Source: a virus
Taxonomy: Duplodnaviria > Caudoviricetes
IMG/VR virus record: IMGVR_UViG_3300007640_000104
Coordinates: 1 to 35,421 of that record
DNA length: 35,421 nt
Strand: one strand, 5' to 3'
Position 1 is the stretch's first letter; the number at the start of each line of letters is the position of its first letter. Positions 19,155 through 26,391 of this stretch are shown piece after piece. The position numbers and the translations under genes are program-made. Under the pieces are notes generated by a model, which saw only the letters and a list, made by a program, of their open reading frames with translations, made no database searches and was not told where the DNA came from.

Positions 19155-19659
19155 AATAAAAGATATATCGAATTGTACGGTGAATATTATCAAAGATAAT
19201 CACCCTGGGATTTATTTTCTTTTTGATAAGGATAAAAAACTTATTTATATCGGAGAAAGTAAATTCCCTTTGATTCGAATACTCGATCATTATCATAAAC
19301 ATTATAAAATTCAGAAAGTGGGTGGTCGGCGATCTGGCTTTCAACAAAAAGGTATTGGTCCTGTATTTCATTATTTTAGAACGATGCATGTACAATCCGA
19401 AGATTATAGAATCCGACAACATTATGAAAAGCGATGGATCCGAAAATATGATCCACCTTTAAATTATAATACGAGAGCACTTGGTTATGATTTATCTTGG
19501 AAAGAAATTAATTCTTTTATTTATGTGTATGAATCTTTTTTTAAAACACAGATGACTTGGTCTCGTTATTTAAATGATGAAGTGTGTGCGAAAAGAGAAA
19601 GTTACATTACATTGAAAGCAAGAAAAAGAAAATTACGATATAACGCAACAGGGAGGTAG
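19141..19659 (+). CDS. GIY-YIG nuclease
   Basis: PGIYFLF...IYIGES...RI..H...EKRWI....PPLN. Confidence 0.85.
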   Translation: MQLNKIKDISNCTVNIIKDNHPGIYFLFDKDKKLIYIGESKFPLIRILDHYHKHYKIQKVGGRRSGFQQKGIGPVFHYFRTMHVQSEDYRIRQHYEKRWIRKYDPPLNYNTRALGYDLSWKEINSFIYVYESFFKTQMTWSRYLNDEVCAKRESYITLKARKRKLRYNATGR

Positions 19660-19660
19660 C

Positions 19661-19765
19661 ATGAAAAAGAAAGACATTGATGGTTATTACTTTGATGGAA
19701 AAGATACTTGGATTCTATACAAAGTCGATAACAAAATCATTAGAAAGAAAATGAAACGTGCCTAA
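19661..19765 (+). CDS. 34-aa hypothetical protein, not in ORF track
   Basis: GGAGG RBS; MKKKDIDGYYFDGKDTWILYKVDNKIIRKKMKRA*. Confidence 0.55.
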   Translation: MKKKDIDGYYFDGKDTWILYKVDNKIIRKKMKRA

Positions 19766-19857
19766 TTTAAAAGGACAAGAAATTATTTGGAAAGGTAAAT
19801 CCATTATATGGAAAGAAACATTGGTAGAAAAAATTATTAAACAAAGGAGGATACGCC

Positions 19858-20058
19858 ATGTCATACTATTGGAAGGAGATGAAACGACGATACGACAAGA
19901 TGAGAAAGCAATTAAAGAACATATTAGAACGTATTACTTATGAGAATCGAAAAGTGTTGGAGTCCAATTGGGATGAGAAACAAAATGAGGTTTGGACTCA
20001 TGTGTGTATTTTTTTATGGGGCATTGCTGCAATCATTATTTCGGTAACATTATTTTAA
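19858..20058 (+). CDS. Hypothetical protein with C-terminal TM
   Basis: AAGGAGG RBS, hydrophobic C-terminus. Confidence 0.6.
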   Translation: MSYYWKEMKRRYDKMRKQLKNILERITYENRKVLESNWDEKQNEVWTHVCIFLWGIAAIIISVTLF

Positions 20059-20064
20059 AATTAT

Positions 20065-20304
20065 ATGACTGAATTTACGAAAGGTATATTTGTATTTTTA
20101 AAACTACAGCTACAGCATAGCTCATTGGCTCGAGCAATTATTTATACGGTAGGTCATATTTTTATTGCATCTTTATGTAATATTTTTATAACAGGTGCTG
20201 AATTACATTTAGCAACGGCCGATGCAATTATTGAGCCATTTATTAACGGAATCTGGTATTACTTACTAGATAAAACTTGGAGTAGGAGAATCTATACATC
20301 ATGA
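20065..20304 (+). CDS. DUF2061-like membrane protein
   Basis: ARAIIYTVGH...TGA...A.A.IEP.IN..WYY.LDK.W. Confidence 0.7.
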   Translation: MTEFTKGIFVFLKLQLQHSSLARAIIYTVGHIFIASLCNIFITGAELHLATADAIIEPFINGIWYYLLDKTWSRRIYTS

Positions 20305-20456
20305 AAGAATACGAAATCTGTGACACCTGTAAAGGGAACCATTACGAGACTGACGAAAACGGGAACTACCATTTATGTGGTGGCTGTGGAGGAGTAGAGA
20401 AGGAGAAGGAACACTCGACACTGGCCACTGGAACCGATCCTTACGATAAGGATTAA
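20301..20456 (+). CDS. 51-aa DnaJ-type Zn-finger mini-protein, not in ORF track
   Basis: AGGAG RBS; CDTCKG...CGGCGG; ATGA overlap with the upstream gene. Confidence 0.6.
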   Translation: MKEYEICDTCKGNHYETDENGNYHLCGGCGGVEKEKEHSTLATGTDPYDKD

Positions 20457-20457
20457 C

Positions 20458-20724
20458 ATGAAAAATAAAGTAAATAAAAAACATATGGAAGAAGTGTTAG
20501 AACTTCTTGCGAATCGTTTAAACAAAATAGAATATGCCCAGGTGACTTCTGCTATGTCTATGTTGTTTATTGGACACACTTTTGGCATGTCTGAAGATGG
20601 GTTTGAGTTTATTAATTTAGCTATTCAATCAAGAAAATCGGCTCATGAAAAAAGAATTTTACGAAAAAAAGAAGATGTAAGGTCTTTACAAGCTAAGATA
20701 ATTAAGTTAAGAAAGAAGGATTAA
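20458..20724 (+). CDS. Hypothetical protein
   Basis: AAGGA RBS, 88-aa ORF. Confidence 0.6.
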   Translation: MKNKVNKKHMEEVLELLANRLNKIEYAQVTSAMSMLFIGHTFGMSEDGFEFINLAIQSRKSAHEKRILRKKEDVRSLQAKIIKLRKKD

Positions 20725-20769
20725 AACACTTATTTTTCCCCAAATGGTGATTTAATTTTTTGGATGTTA

Positions 20770-20806
20770 GAGGAGGATTATATTTTTCCCTTTGTTAGTC
20801 CTCCTC
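20770..20806. other. Intergenic stem-loop
   Basis: GAGGAGGATTA...TAGTCCTCCTC. Confidence 0.5.
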
Positions 20807-20863
20807 GACTTCTATTGCATTTCTCTCCAAAATCAACTAATCCTCGAATAAACATGGAGCTAC

Positions 20864-21289
20864 ATGAATTTAACAAACAAGGTGTTAAAAGTATTGGGTA
20901 TGGGATTGTCAAGTGAGATGCTTAAAACAAATTTGACTCCAGAAGTGAAACTGTGGAGAGCTGTATTGACTATGGCAATTGAAGATGTGCTGAATACAAG
21001 TCAAACGCGAAACGAATCTATTGCAAAAGCACAAGCGCATGATTGGTTTATTGAAAACTCTAATGACTTCCAGAACGTGTGCTATAACGCTGGTTTAGAC
21101 GCTGATTGGGTACGGGATAGGTATATTTTGGCACTGGACACTGGTTTAATTAGATTCACTCAAAAACAACACCTTTTTGTCCGATATTCGACTAAATACA
21201 ATCAACTTAAGGAGGAAAAAGACCCAAATGTACGTAAAAAACTACAAAAGATTATTGAAAAACTGCGCAAAAAGTTATTTGAGAGCTAG
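20864..21289 (+). CDS. Conserved phage hypothetical protein
   Basis: PEVKLWRAVL..AIED...AHDWF...DFQNVC..AGLD; GGAG RBS. Confidence 0.7.
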   Translation: MNLTNKVLKVLGMGLSSEMLKTNLTPEVKLWRAVLTMAIEDVLNTSQTRNESIAKAQAHDWFIENSNDFQNVCYNAGLDADWVRDRYILALDTGLIRFTQKQHLFVRYSTKYNQLKEEKDPNVRKKLQKIIEKLRKKLFES

Positions 21290-21355
21290 AAATCCACAAT
21301 TTAGAAAATTTTGGAAAAACCTTTACTTTAGGATTAAATACAGATATGCTAACTA

Positions 21356-21592
21356 GTGACTATGTGTCGAACAATCAACATGGGGAATATGATGAAATAT
21401 TCCTTTAATAATAAAAACGGATACCGATTCGTTGATACCAGACCTCTTTGTGCTAATTGTAGAGAAAAGAAAGCTGACGTCATGAAAGACAATTATTTCT
21501 TCTGTGGCGACTGTGCTTTGGAAATGCAAAACAGCAGAAAAACCACAAAAGAGTACCTTATTTCACAAAAATTACAAAAGACTGACCTCTAA
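21356..21592 (+). CDS. Small Zn-finger protein
   Basis: CANC...FCGDC. Start uncertain. Confidence 0.55.
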   Translation: MTMCRTINMGNMMKYSFNNKNGYRFVDTRPLCANCREKKADVMKDNYFFCGDCALEMQNSRKTTKEYLISQKLQKTDL

Positions 21593-21639
21593 ATAGATAT
21601 TTTTACCCTTTTACTACTTCACTACCTCCAAAAAAAGTC

Positions 21640-21749
21640 TGACATACGTGACAAGACCTCTATTTTAGACATAAGACATTGAATATATTGAATAATACCC
21701 TGTCACAAACACTCTAAATCTGTGACATAGACCTGACATACCTGACATA
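21640..21749. repeat. Cluster of (T/A)GACATA-like direct and inverted repeats
   Basis: TGACATA at 21640, 21723, 21734 and 21743; variants at 21649, 21667 and 21674; TGTCACA(21701)/TGTGACA(21721) inverted pair. Confidence 0.75.
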
Positions 21750-21847
21750 AACTATCTTGTGGAATGAATACCTAAATGGTTCATGAATCTTGAAAAGGAT
21801 AAAAAGATCTTATTGGACTAGAAAAACTTGACCGATTTGAGTATGAT

Positions 21848-22363
21848 GTGGCGATGCCTAAAAAAGCTAATATATTAAAAACTGTACATGAACTAACTCC
21901 TAAACAAAGAAAGTTTGTGGATACACTTGTTGCTAATTGGGGGGCTATCTCTAAATCTAAAGCAGCGGAAGAAGCTGGATATAAATCAAAAACTAAAAAT
22001 GGTTTATCAGAGATGGCATCAAGATTAACTAATCCAAATTTAAATCCTCATGTGGTTAGATATCTTGAAAAGAAATTAGCACAAGAAGAAGCAAAGTATG
22101 GAAACAAACTTCGTTCCTTTAAAAGATTAGAAAAGTTTGGCGACTTAGCCGTAGATAAAAATCAATTTGCAGCAGCAATTAATTCGGAATTTAGACTAGG
22201 ACAACTAGCAGGAATGTATGTAGATAGAAAAGAAGTAACTCATAATATGTTGGAGGGTATGTCTCGTGAACAACTTGAAAAAAGGTTATCCGAATTGGAA
22301 CAAAAGATCGGTGATGCCAAAAATATCATTGACGTCACGCCAGAAGAAATTGTGGAAGAGTAA
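21848..22363 (+). CDS. terS: Terminase small subunit
   Basis: LTPKQRKFV...AAEEAGY...ASRL HTH and AAIN.E..LG.LAGMYVDRKE. Start may be ATG 21854. Confidence 0.85.
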   Translation: MAMPKKANILKTVHELTPKQRKFVDTLVANWGAISKSKAAEEAGYKSKTKNGLSEMASRLTNPNLNPHVVRYLEKKLAQEEAKYGNKLRSFKRLEKFGDLAVDKNQFAAAINSEFRLGQLAGMYVDRKEVTHNMLEGMSREQLEKRLSELEQKIGDAKNIIDVTPEEIVEE

Positions 22364-22481
22364 AGAGCCATCTGATTTTTTCTTGTTGTTTAATGAAATA
22401 CATAACGCTCATTTAATGAGCACTAACGTGGGAAGTGTAAGTGTAAAGATAGATGGCAAAAAGAAAAATAACAATAAATAA
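22314..22481 (+). CDS. Possible hypothetical protein
   Basis: Fills the gap between terS and the next gene. Start uncertain. Confidence 0.4.
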   Translation: MPKISLTSRQKKLWKSKEPSDFFLLFNEIHNAHLMSTNVGSVSVKIDGKKKNNNK

Positions 22482-22746
22482 AAAATCAAAAGATTGGAAA
22501 TCTCGTTATCCTCTCGTTGAAGTCCATTGGTATGATATATCTGCGGACGCCTCCTGGCATACTCTGAAGGAGCTTGCTGAGAAAGAACTTCCTGTTTGTG
22601 TTTCAAAAGGACATCTGTATTCTCAAAGCAAAGGTGTTACTAGGTTGTTTGGTGACTATTCTTTAAATGATAAAGACACTATTGACGACATCGGAAATAG
22701 CACAATTATACCTAGCTGTGTGATAAAGGAGATAAAAAAGATATGA
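22453..22746 (+). CDS. Conserved phage hypothetical protein
   Basis: V.V.W.D...W...C.S.G...IP..VI pattern. Confidence 0.7.
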   Translation: MAKRKITINKKSKDWKSRYPLVEVHWYDISADASWHTLKELAEKELPVCVSKGHLYSQSKGVTRLFGDYSLNDKDTIDDIGNSTIIPSCVIKEIKKI

Positions 22747-22880
22747 AAGAAGCAAAAAGATTAAGAATTTTACAAGCCCAAAAGCAACTCAAAAAAGAAA
22801 AAATTAAAAAGTTTTTAAGTAAAGTATTACCTTTTTCTGTTTGTGTTTTACTTGGTTTAGCACTCATCTTGACCTATTAA
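22743..22880 (+). CDS. 45-aa basic protein with C-terminal TM, not in ORF track
   Basis: MKEAKRLRILQAQKQLKKEKIKKFLSKVLPFSVCVLLGLALILTY*; ATGA overlap. Confidence 0.55.
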   Translation: MKEAKRLRILQAQKQLKKEKIKKFLSKVLPFSVCVLLGLALILTY

Positions 22881-22881
22881 A

Positions 22882-23274
22882 ATGGCGTTAAGAAAACGTG
22901 AATCAAAGCTGTTTGACCGATTAAAGAAGAATATAAAAAACGTACATTTTACAAGGATAGAAAGCTCAACTATTAACGGAATACCTGATGTTCATGGCAC
23001 TGGTTCTGGTCATTCTTTTTGGCTTGAATTAAAATCTAATACTGGCAAGTTTCCGAAGCTTGATAAATTCCAAATCGCTTGGTGTTACGAAGAATACCGA
23101 CATGGTGGTAGAGTTTTTATTCTGTATCAAGCCCTCTCGCAGGGAGCCCTAGAACTTTACAGCGTGCAAGGTATCCCTACCGACAGTAAAAACCTCGTTC
23201 TCGTACACTCGCTACCCGACCCTGTTCCCGTTTCCCGTTGGGATGAGCTCAGGTCCTTCCTGATCCATCACTAG
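22882..23274 (+). CDS. VRR-NUC/Holliday-junction-resolvase-like PD-(D/E)XK nuclease
   Basis: ES.L...RIES...GIPDV...FWLELK...Q.AW...GG..FIL. Confidence 0.85.
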   Translation: MALRKRESKLFDRLKKNIKNVHFTRIESSTINGIPDVHGTGSGHSFWLELKSNTGKFPKLDKFQIAWCYEEYRHGGRVFILYQALSQGALELYSVQGIPTDSKNLVLVHSLPDPVPVSRWDELRSFLIHH

Positions 23275-23650
23275 CCTCCTCCCAGATGGTGAGCTGCAGC
23301 GTGGTCGGTATCCCGTTTCCCGTTCTCGTTTGTTAATCCCGTTTCTCGTTTATTAACGGACACCGCAGGATCCTCCTTCGCAGCTCAGGATGCTGGTGCG
23401 GAAAGAGTAGCTCAGTTCCCGTTTCCCGTTTGACAAAGAACAACAGATTGGTTAGGTTTTGGTAAGCAGCGTCAGGACCAGCTGCGAAGCAACCGTTTCC
23501 CGTTTCCCGTTCTTACACGAATGGGCGTGTAATAACTAATAAGCATCAGGAGCGTCCTTCGCAGCGAAGCTCATTCCCGTATCTCGTTGGTCGGTGGCGA
23601 AAGGCAAATGGTTAGGGAACACAGGACACCATCCTTCTGGCAGCTCAGGA
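23194..23650 (+). repeat. Quasi-periodic heptamer-doublet array (CCCGTTTCCCGTT) with unique GC-rich spacers
   Basis: Copies at 23227, 23312, 23418 and 23499; variants at 23338, 23576 and 23194. Spacing 77-106 nt. Confidence 0.85.
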
Positions 23651-23669
23651 AAAAAATAAAAATTAGCTC

Positions 23670-23727
23670 TTGACATTCAGGTTTACATATCTTATCTAGA
23701 TGGGATAACTTTAACAAAGGAGAAACA
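23670..23727 (+). promoter_or_regulatory. Sigma70-like promoter with palindromic operator and conserved leader
   Basis: A-tract, TTGACA(23670), TATCTTATC-TA-GATGGGATA, then CTTTAACAAAGGAGAAACA-ATG. Confidence 0.7.
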
Positions 23728-23994
23728 ATGACTAAACCACAACAGTTCGTCTACTTCAAAGATCTACAGAAGGGGGACGTCATCAAAACGAATCACTTAC
23801 ATCCGCTGCATCATGTGACTGCGAAGGTGATGGAATCACCGCGCCAGGGTAAAGGAGTCAAGAAAACACTTCTGTGTGAAGTCCACGGTACTCAGCTAGG
23901 ATTGTTTGATGAAGTAGGATCTATCTACAGCAAACAGGCGCTGCTGCGTTTGAATGCCGACAACACAACTTGGAGCAGGATTCTTCATGACTAA
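23728..23994 (+). CDS. Hypothetical (probable early) protein
   Basis: Strong RBS, beta-rich 88-aa ORF. Confidence 0.75.
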   Translation: MTKPQQFVYFKDLQKGDVIKTNHLHPLHHVTAKVMESPRQGKGVKKTLLCEVHGTQLGLFDEVGSIYSKQALLRLNADNTTWSRILHD

Positions 23995-24271
23995 GATGGA
24001 TGCACCAGAAGCGGGACAGGAATATCTCTTGGTTGGGGGATCCAAAGATAAATGCATTGCCAACGGCAACAGCTGGGCGGAGAGTAAGGTGAAGAAACGT
24101 TACCTCGTTCTCGTATCAGATGTCGTTGCTCGTAGGGTCTACGTTGAGGCCTCGTCGGAGAAGGAAGCTCTGGAGGCTGCGGACTACGGTGAGTGGGAGC
24201 TGCCTGCAGATGTAGAAAGCGAAGAGGTGGTGGAGCGTCAGGCGGTTGAGGTTCTCGATGTGGAAGAATGA
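23987..24271 (+). CDS. Hypothetical acidic protein with DpnD/PcfM-like C-terminus
   Basis: RYLVLV.....VYVEASSEKEALE. ATG 23987 overlaps the upstream stop region. Confidence 0.6.
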   Translation: MTKMDAPEAGQEYLLVGGSKDKCIANGNSWAESKVKKRYLVLVSDVVARRVYVEASSEKEALEAADYGEWELPADVESEEVVERQAVEVLDVEE

Positions 24272-24274
24272 TGA

Positions 24275-24400
24275 ATGTGGTTTCTAATTCTCGTACTGTT
24301 AATCGTCAGCGTCTCGTTGACAACCGATGCCGATTGGGTAACCTTCGGCGTCGGACTGCTGGCTCTGGCGATGGCAGATGGGCTGATGAACTTTTTTTAA
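24275..24400 (+). CDS. 41-aa two-TM membrane mini-protein, not in ORF track
   Basis: MWFLILVLLIVSVSLTTDADWVTFGVGLLALAMADGLMNFF*. Confidence 0.6.
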   Translation: MWFLILVLLIVSVSLTTDADWVTFGVGLLALAMADGLMNFF

Positions 24401-24418
24401 ATACAACCAAAAAGTTAG

Positions 24419-24479
24419 TTGACAAGTTCTCTTATTATGATAAGACAGAAGAAAACAAAACTTTAACAAAGGAGTTACA
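24419..24479 (+). promoter_or_regulatory. Promoter with operator and conserved leader
   Basis: TTGACA(24419), TCTTAT-TATG-ATAAGA, then CTTTAACAAAGGAGTTACA-ATG. Confidence 0.65.
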
Positions 24480-24887
24480 ATGGGGTTAGATATGTACATG
24501 TACAGCACTGACAAACGTATAGAAAGTTTGGAAGTGGAAAACAGAGAAAAGAAAGAGGGAGAAGAAGAGCAAGAAAGGGAGTTAGGGTATTGGCGAAAGC
24601 ACAATCGTTTGCATGGTTGGTTTGAGGAGAAGTGGTGTAATCGTCATAGTGATGTTGACACCGATTTCAACTGTGTTCGGTATTACCTTTCTCGTGATGA
24701 GTTGCTGAATTTGGAAAAAGATATTAAGGAAGAAAAGTTGCCCGCCACGCAAGGTTTCTTCTTTGGCAATGATAGTTACTCGTATGATGAACATGAGGAG
24801 CAGAAAAAATATGACTTGGACATCATTGATAAAGCAAAAAAAGAACTTGAAGCTGGTCGCTTTGTGTACTATTCAAGTTGGTGGTAA
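24480..24887 (+). CDS. Conserved phage protein (MGLDMY...YWRK...YSSWW family)
   Basis: MGLDMY, YWRKHN.LHGW, LP...GFFFG and YYSSWW motifs. Confidence 0.85.
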   Translation: MGLDMYMYSTDKRIESLEVENREKKEGEEEQERELGYWRKHNRLHGWFEEKWCNRHSDVDTDFNCVRYYLSRDELLNLEKDIKEEKLPATQGFFFGNDSYSYDEHEEQKKYDLDIIDKAKKELEAGRFVYYSSWW

Positions 24888-24897
24888 TTAAGTTTCT

Positions 24898-25095
24898 CGG
24901 TGGCGAGTAGCACTCTCGCCACCGTTCTTGGCTGATGAATTCTCGGATAGCAGAATTCACCAACCAAGCTCGTACGGAAAAAGATAACATCGCTTCGGTT
25001 GGAAGCACGGTACGGTCAGCACCAAGGGGAGTTTCCCAAAGCTGACCACAATATGAGTGGTCTTTTGTCAGAGTAGCTCCTGTTTTAGACCACTC
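24898..25095. ncRNA. Candidate structured RNA/processing region with five adjacent stem-loops
   Basis: Stems at 24898-24924, 24927-24968, 24992-25006, 25014-25047 and 25055-25095. Confidence 0.45.
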
Positions 25096-25324
25096 GCCCT
25101 AATCTCGTTCTTTCTCGTTATCAAACATTTCTTAAAATCTTGAGGGTACTAGGATACCTCGCAACCTCGTTTCGTCAATTCTCGGGCATCTATGGAAGAC
25201 TTTTTTAAGCAGGCAGCACCCAAAATGGCAGGATTGCAGAAAATCTAAAAAATAAAAATGTAAAAATTTTATCCACAAACCAAGTAAAAAATAATTAAAA
25301 TTTATTTTTTATAACTATTGTAAT

Positions 25325-25398
25325 TTGTAAAAAAATACTTATCTTATCCAAGATAAGATAAAATAATTTATCTTATTTAACTTAACAAAGAGGAAACA
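25325..25398 (+). promoter_or_regulatory. Promoter with triple operator and conserved leader
   Basis: TTATCTTATC-CAA-GATAAGATAA (25339-25361), a third half-site at 25367-25376, then CTTAACAAAGAGGAAACA-ATG. Confidence 0.65.
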
Positions 25399-25785
25399 AT
25401 GACAACAGTAAAACAAAAAAATCTGCCGACAGTAAGTCAAGCAGATAAACGTGTGCTTAATTCATACGTTGCTCAATCTTACTTATACAAAAAGTATAGT
25501 AAGTTAAGAACTGATACTAAAGAAATTGTATCGGGAATTTTTGATAGAGCAAAAATCAATATCATAATTCTTGATAACAAATCTTTTGTTCAAAAAATAA
25601 ATCGTAATCAAAGGCGATTCGATTCCACTTCTTTTATTGAGTATGTAAATAAAAGTGGCGACAGTGAATTAATCGACATGGTTAATAAATTCTATAAGTC
25701 AGTTGATACAGTAGAGTTTAAACCATTTAATGCTGATTATGATTTAGCCATGAAAAAAGATTTAGGGGGTTTTGATGTCAAATAA
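25399..25785 (+). CDS. Hypothetical protein
   Basis: GAGG RBS, 128-aa ORF. Confidence 0.7.
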   Translation: MTTVKQKNLPTVSQADKRVLNSYVAQSYLYKKYSKLRTDTKEIVSGIFDRAKINIIILDNKSFVQKINRNQRRFDSTSFIEYVNKSGDSELIDMVNKFYKSVDTVEFKPFNADYDLAMKKDLGGFDVK

Positions 25786-26065
25786 AAACTTACCTTCTTT
25801 ATTCAGTGCTATGTTAAGTGAAAAAGTTGATAGTAAAAATATCGACTTAAATCGAGTACATAGTTTAATGCAGAATGAAAAATTCAAATCATTAAATTAT
25901 GAGATACTTTATAAATTCCTTGAGAGTGCTGTTGAGGAATTTATACTTACTAACAATGGCAACCCACTTGCTGATGACTTTAGAAATAGAGTTGTTAATA
26001 AAATGGGTGATGTGTTGAACTTGTTACTAACTGGCAAAGTTGCTGATGAGCAAGATAAACATTAA
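25775..26065 (+). CDS. Hypothetical protein
   Basis: Overlapping coupling with the upstream gene; LNYEILYKFLES..EE motif. Confidence 0.65.
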   Translation: MSNKNLPSLFSAMLSEKVDSKNIDLNRVHSLMQNEKFKSLNYEILYKFLESAVEEFILTNNGNPLADDFRNRVVNKMGDVLNLLLTGKVADEQDKH

Positions 26066-26303
26066 ATACACTGATGATATTCCCCCGATTGTTTCGGGGG
26101 TGTATCTACTCATTAACTCAAAGAATAATAGAGTTGATTATGTTGGGTGTTCGAGGAATGTGTATCAATGTGTTATGGGTAGTTATCACTTAAACCCCAA
26201 GATACATAAGTTAAGAGTATTACAATGCTCATGGAATAACTTGCGGTACTACCAAAAAAGAATAGCCAATATGTTTAGACCTAGATTAAACTCTATTAGA
26301 TAA
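26046..26303 (+). CDS. Minimal, degenerate GIY-YIG-like protein
   Basis: SGVYLL...DYVGCSRN...P.LN. Canonical catalytic Arg and Glu not evident. Confidence 0.6.
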   Translation: MSKINIKYTDDIPPIVSGVYLLINSKNNRVDYVGCSRNVYQCVMGSYHLNPKIHKLRVLQCSWNNLRYYQKRIANMFRPRLNSIR

Positions 26304-26318
26304 ATCTATACCGATAGA

Positions 26319-26391
26319 GGTACCATCGCCGATCTGGAATTAGGATCGGCGATCGGCAACCCCCACCCCCTTTTGCTTGATTTATGGTACC
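26319..26391. other. GC-rich hairpin + C-tract flanked by GGTACC palindromes (terminator or packaging signal)
   Basis: ATCGCCGATC(26325)/GATCGGCGAT(26344), ACCCCCACCCCCTTTT, GGTACC at 26319 and 26386. Confidence 0.5.

Noticed and set aside
19758-19943. 61-aa GTG ORF
   Set aside because: Overlaps 19858..20058 by 86 nt and has no clear RBS. It cannot be supported, though it is not excluded.
23446-23459. 14-nt match of an array spacer (GATTGGTTAGGTTT) to 3092-3105
   Set aside because: A single short match is compatible with chance in an AT-rich 35-kb sequence.
23227-23588. Canonical CRISPR array
   Set aside because: Repeats are only 13 nt and non-palindromic, spacers are 64-93 nt and irregular, and there are no cas genes. 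Reported as a non-CRISPR array instead.
24268-24489. Listed 73-aa ORF
   Set aside because: Runs through the next promoter. The alternative frame 24275..24400 gives a more protein-like product.
24932-24960. Hammerhead ribozyme (CTGATGA followed by a stem)
   Set aside because: The required GAAA does not follow the stem (it reads TCAC).
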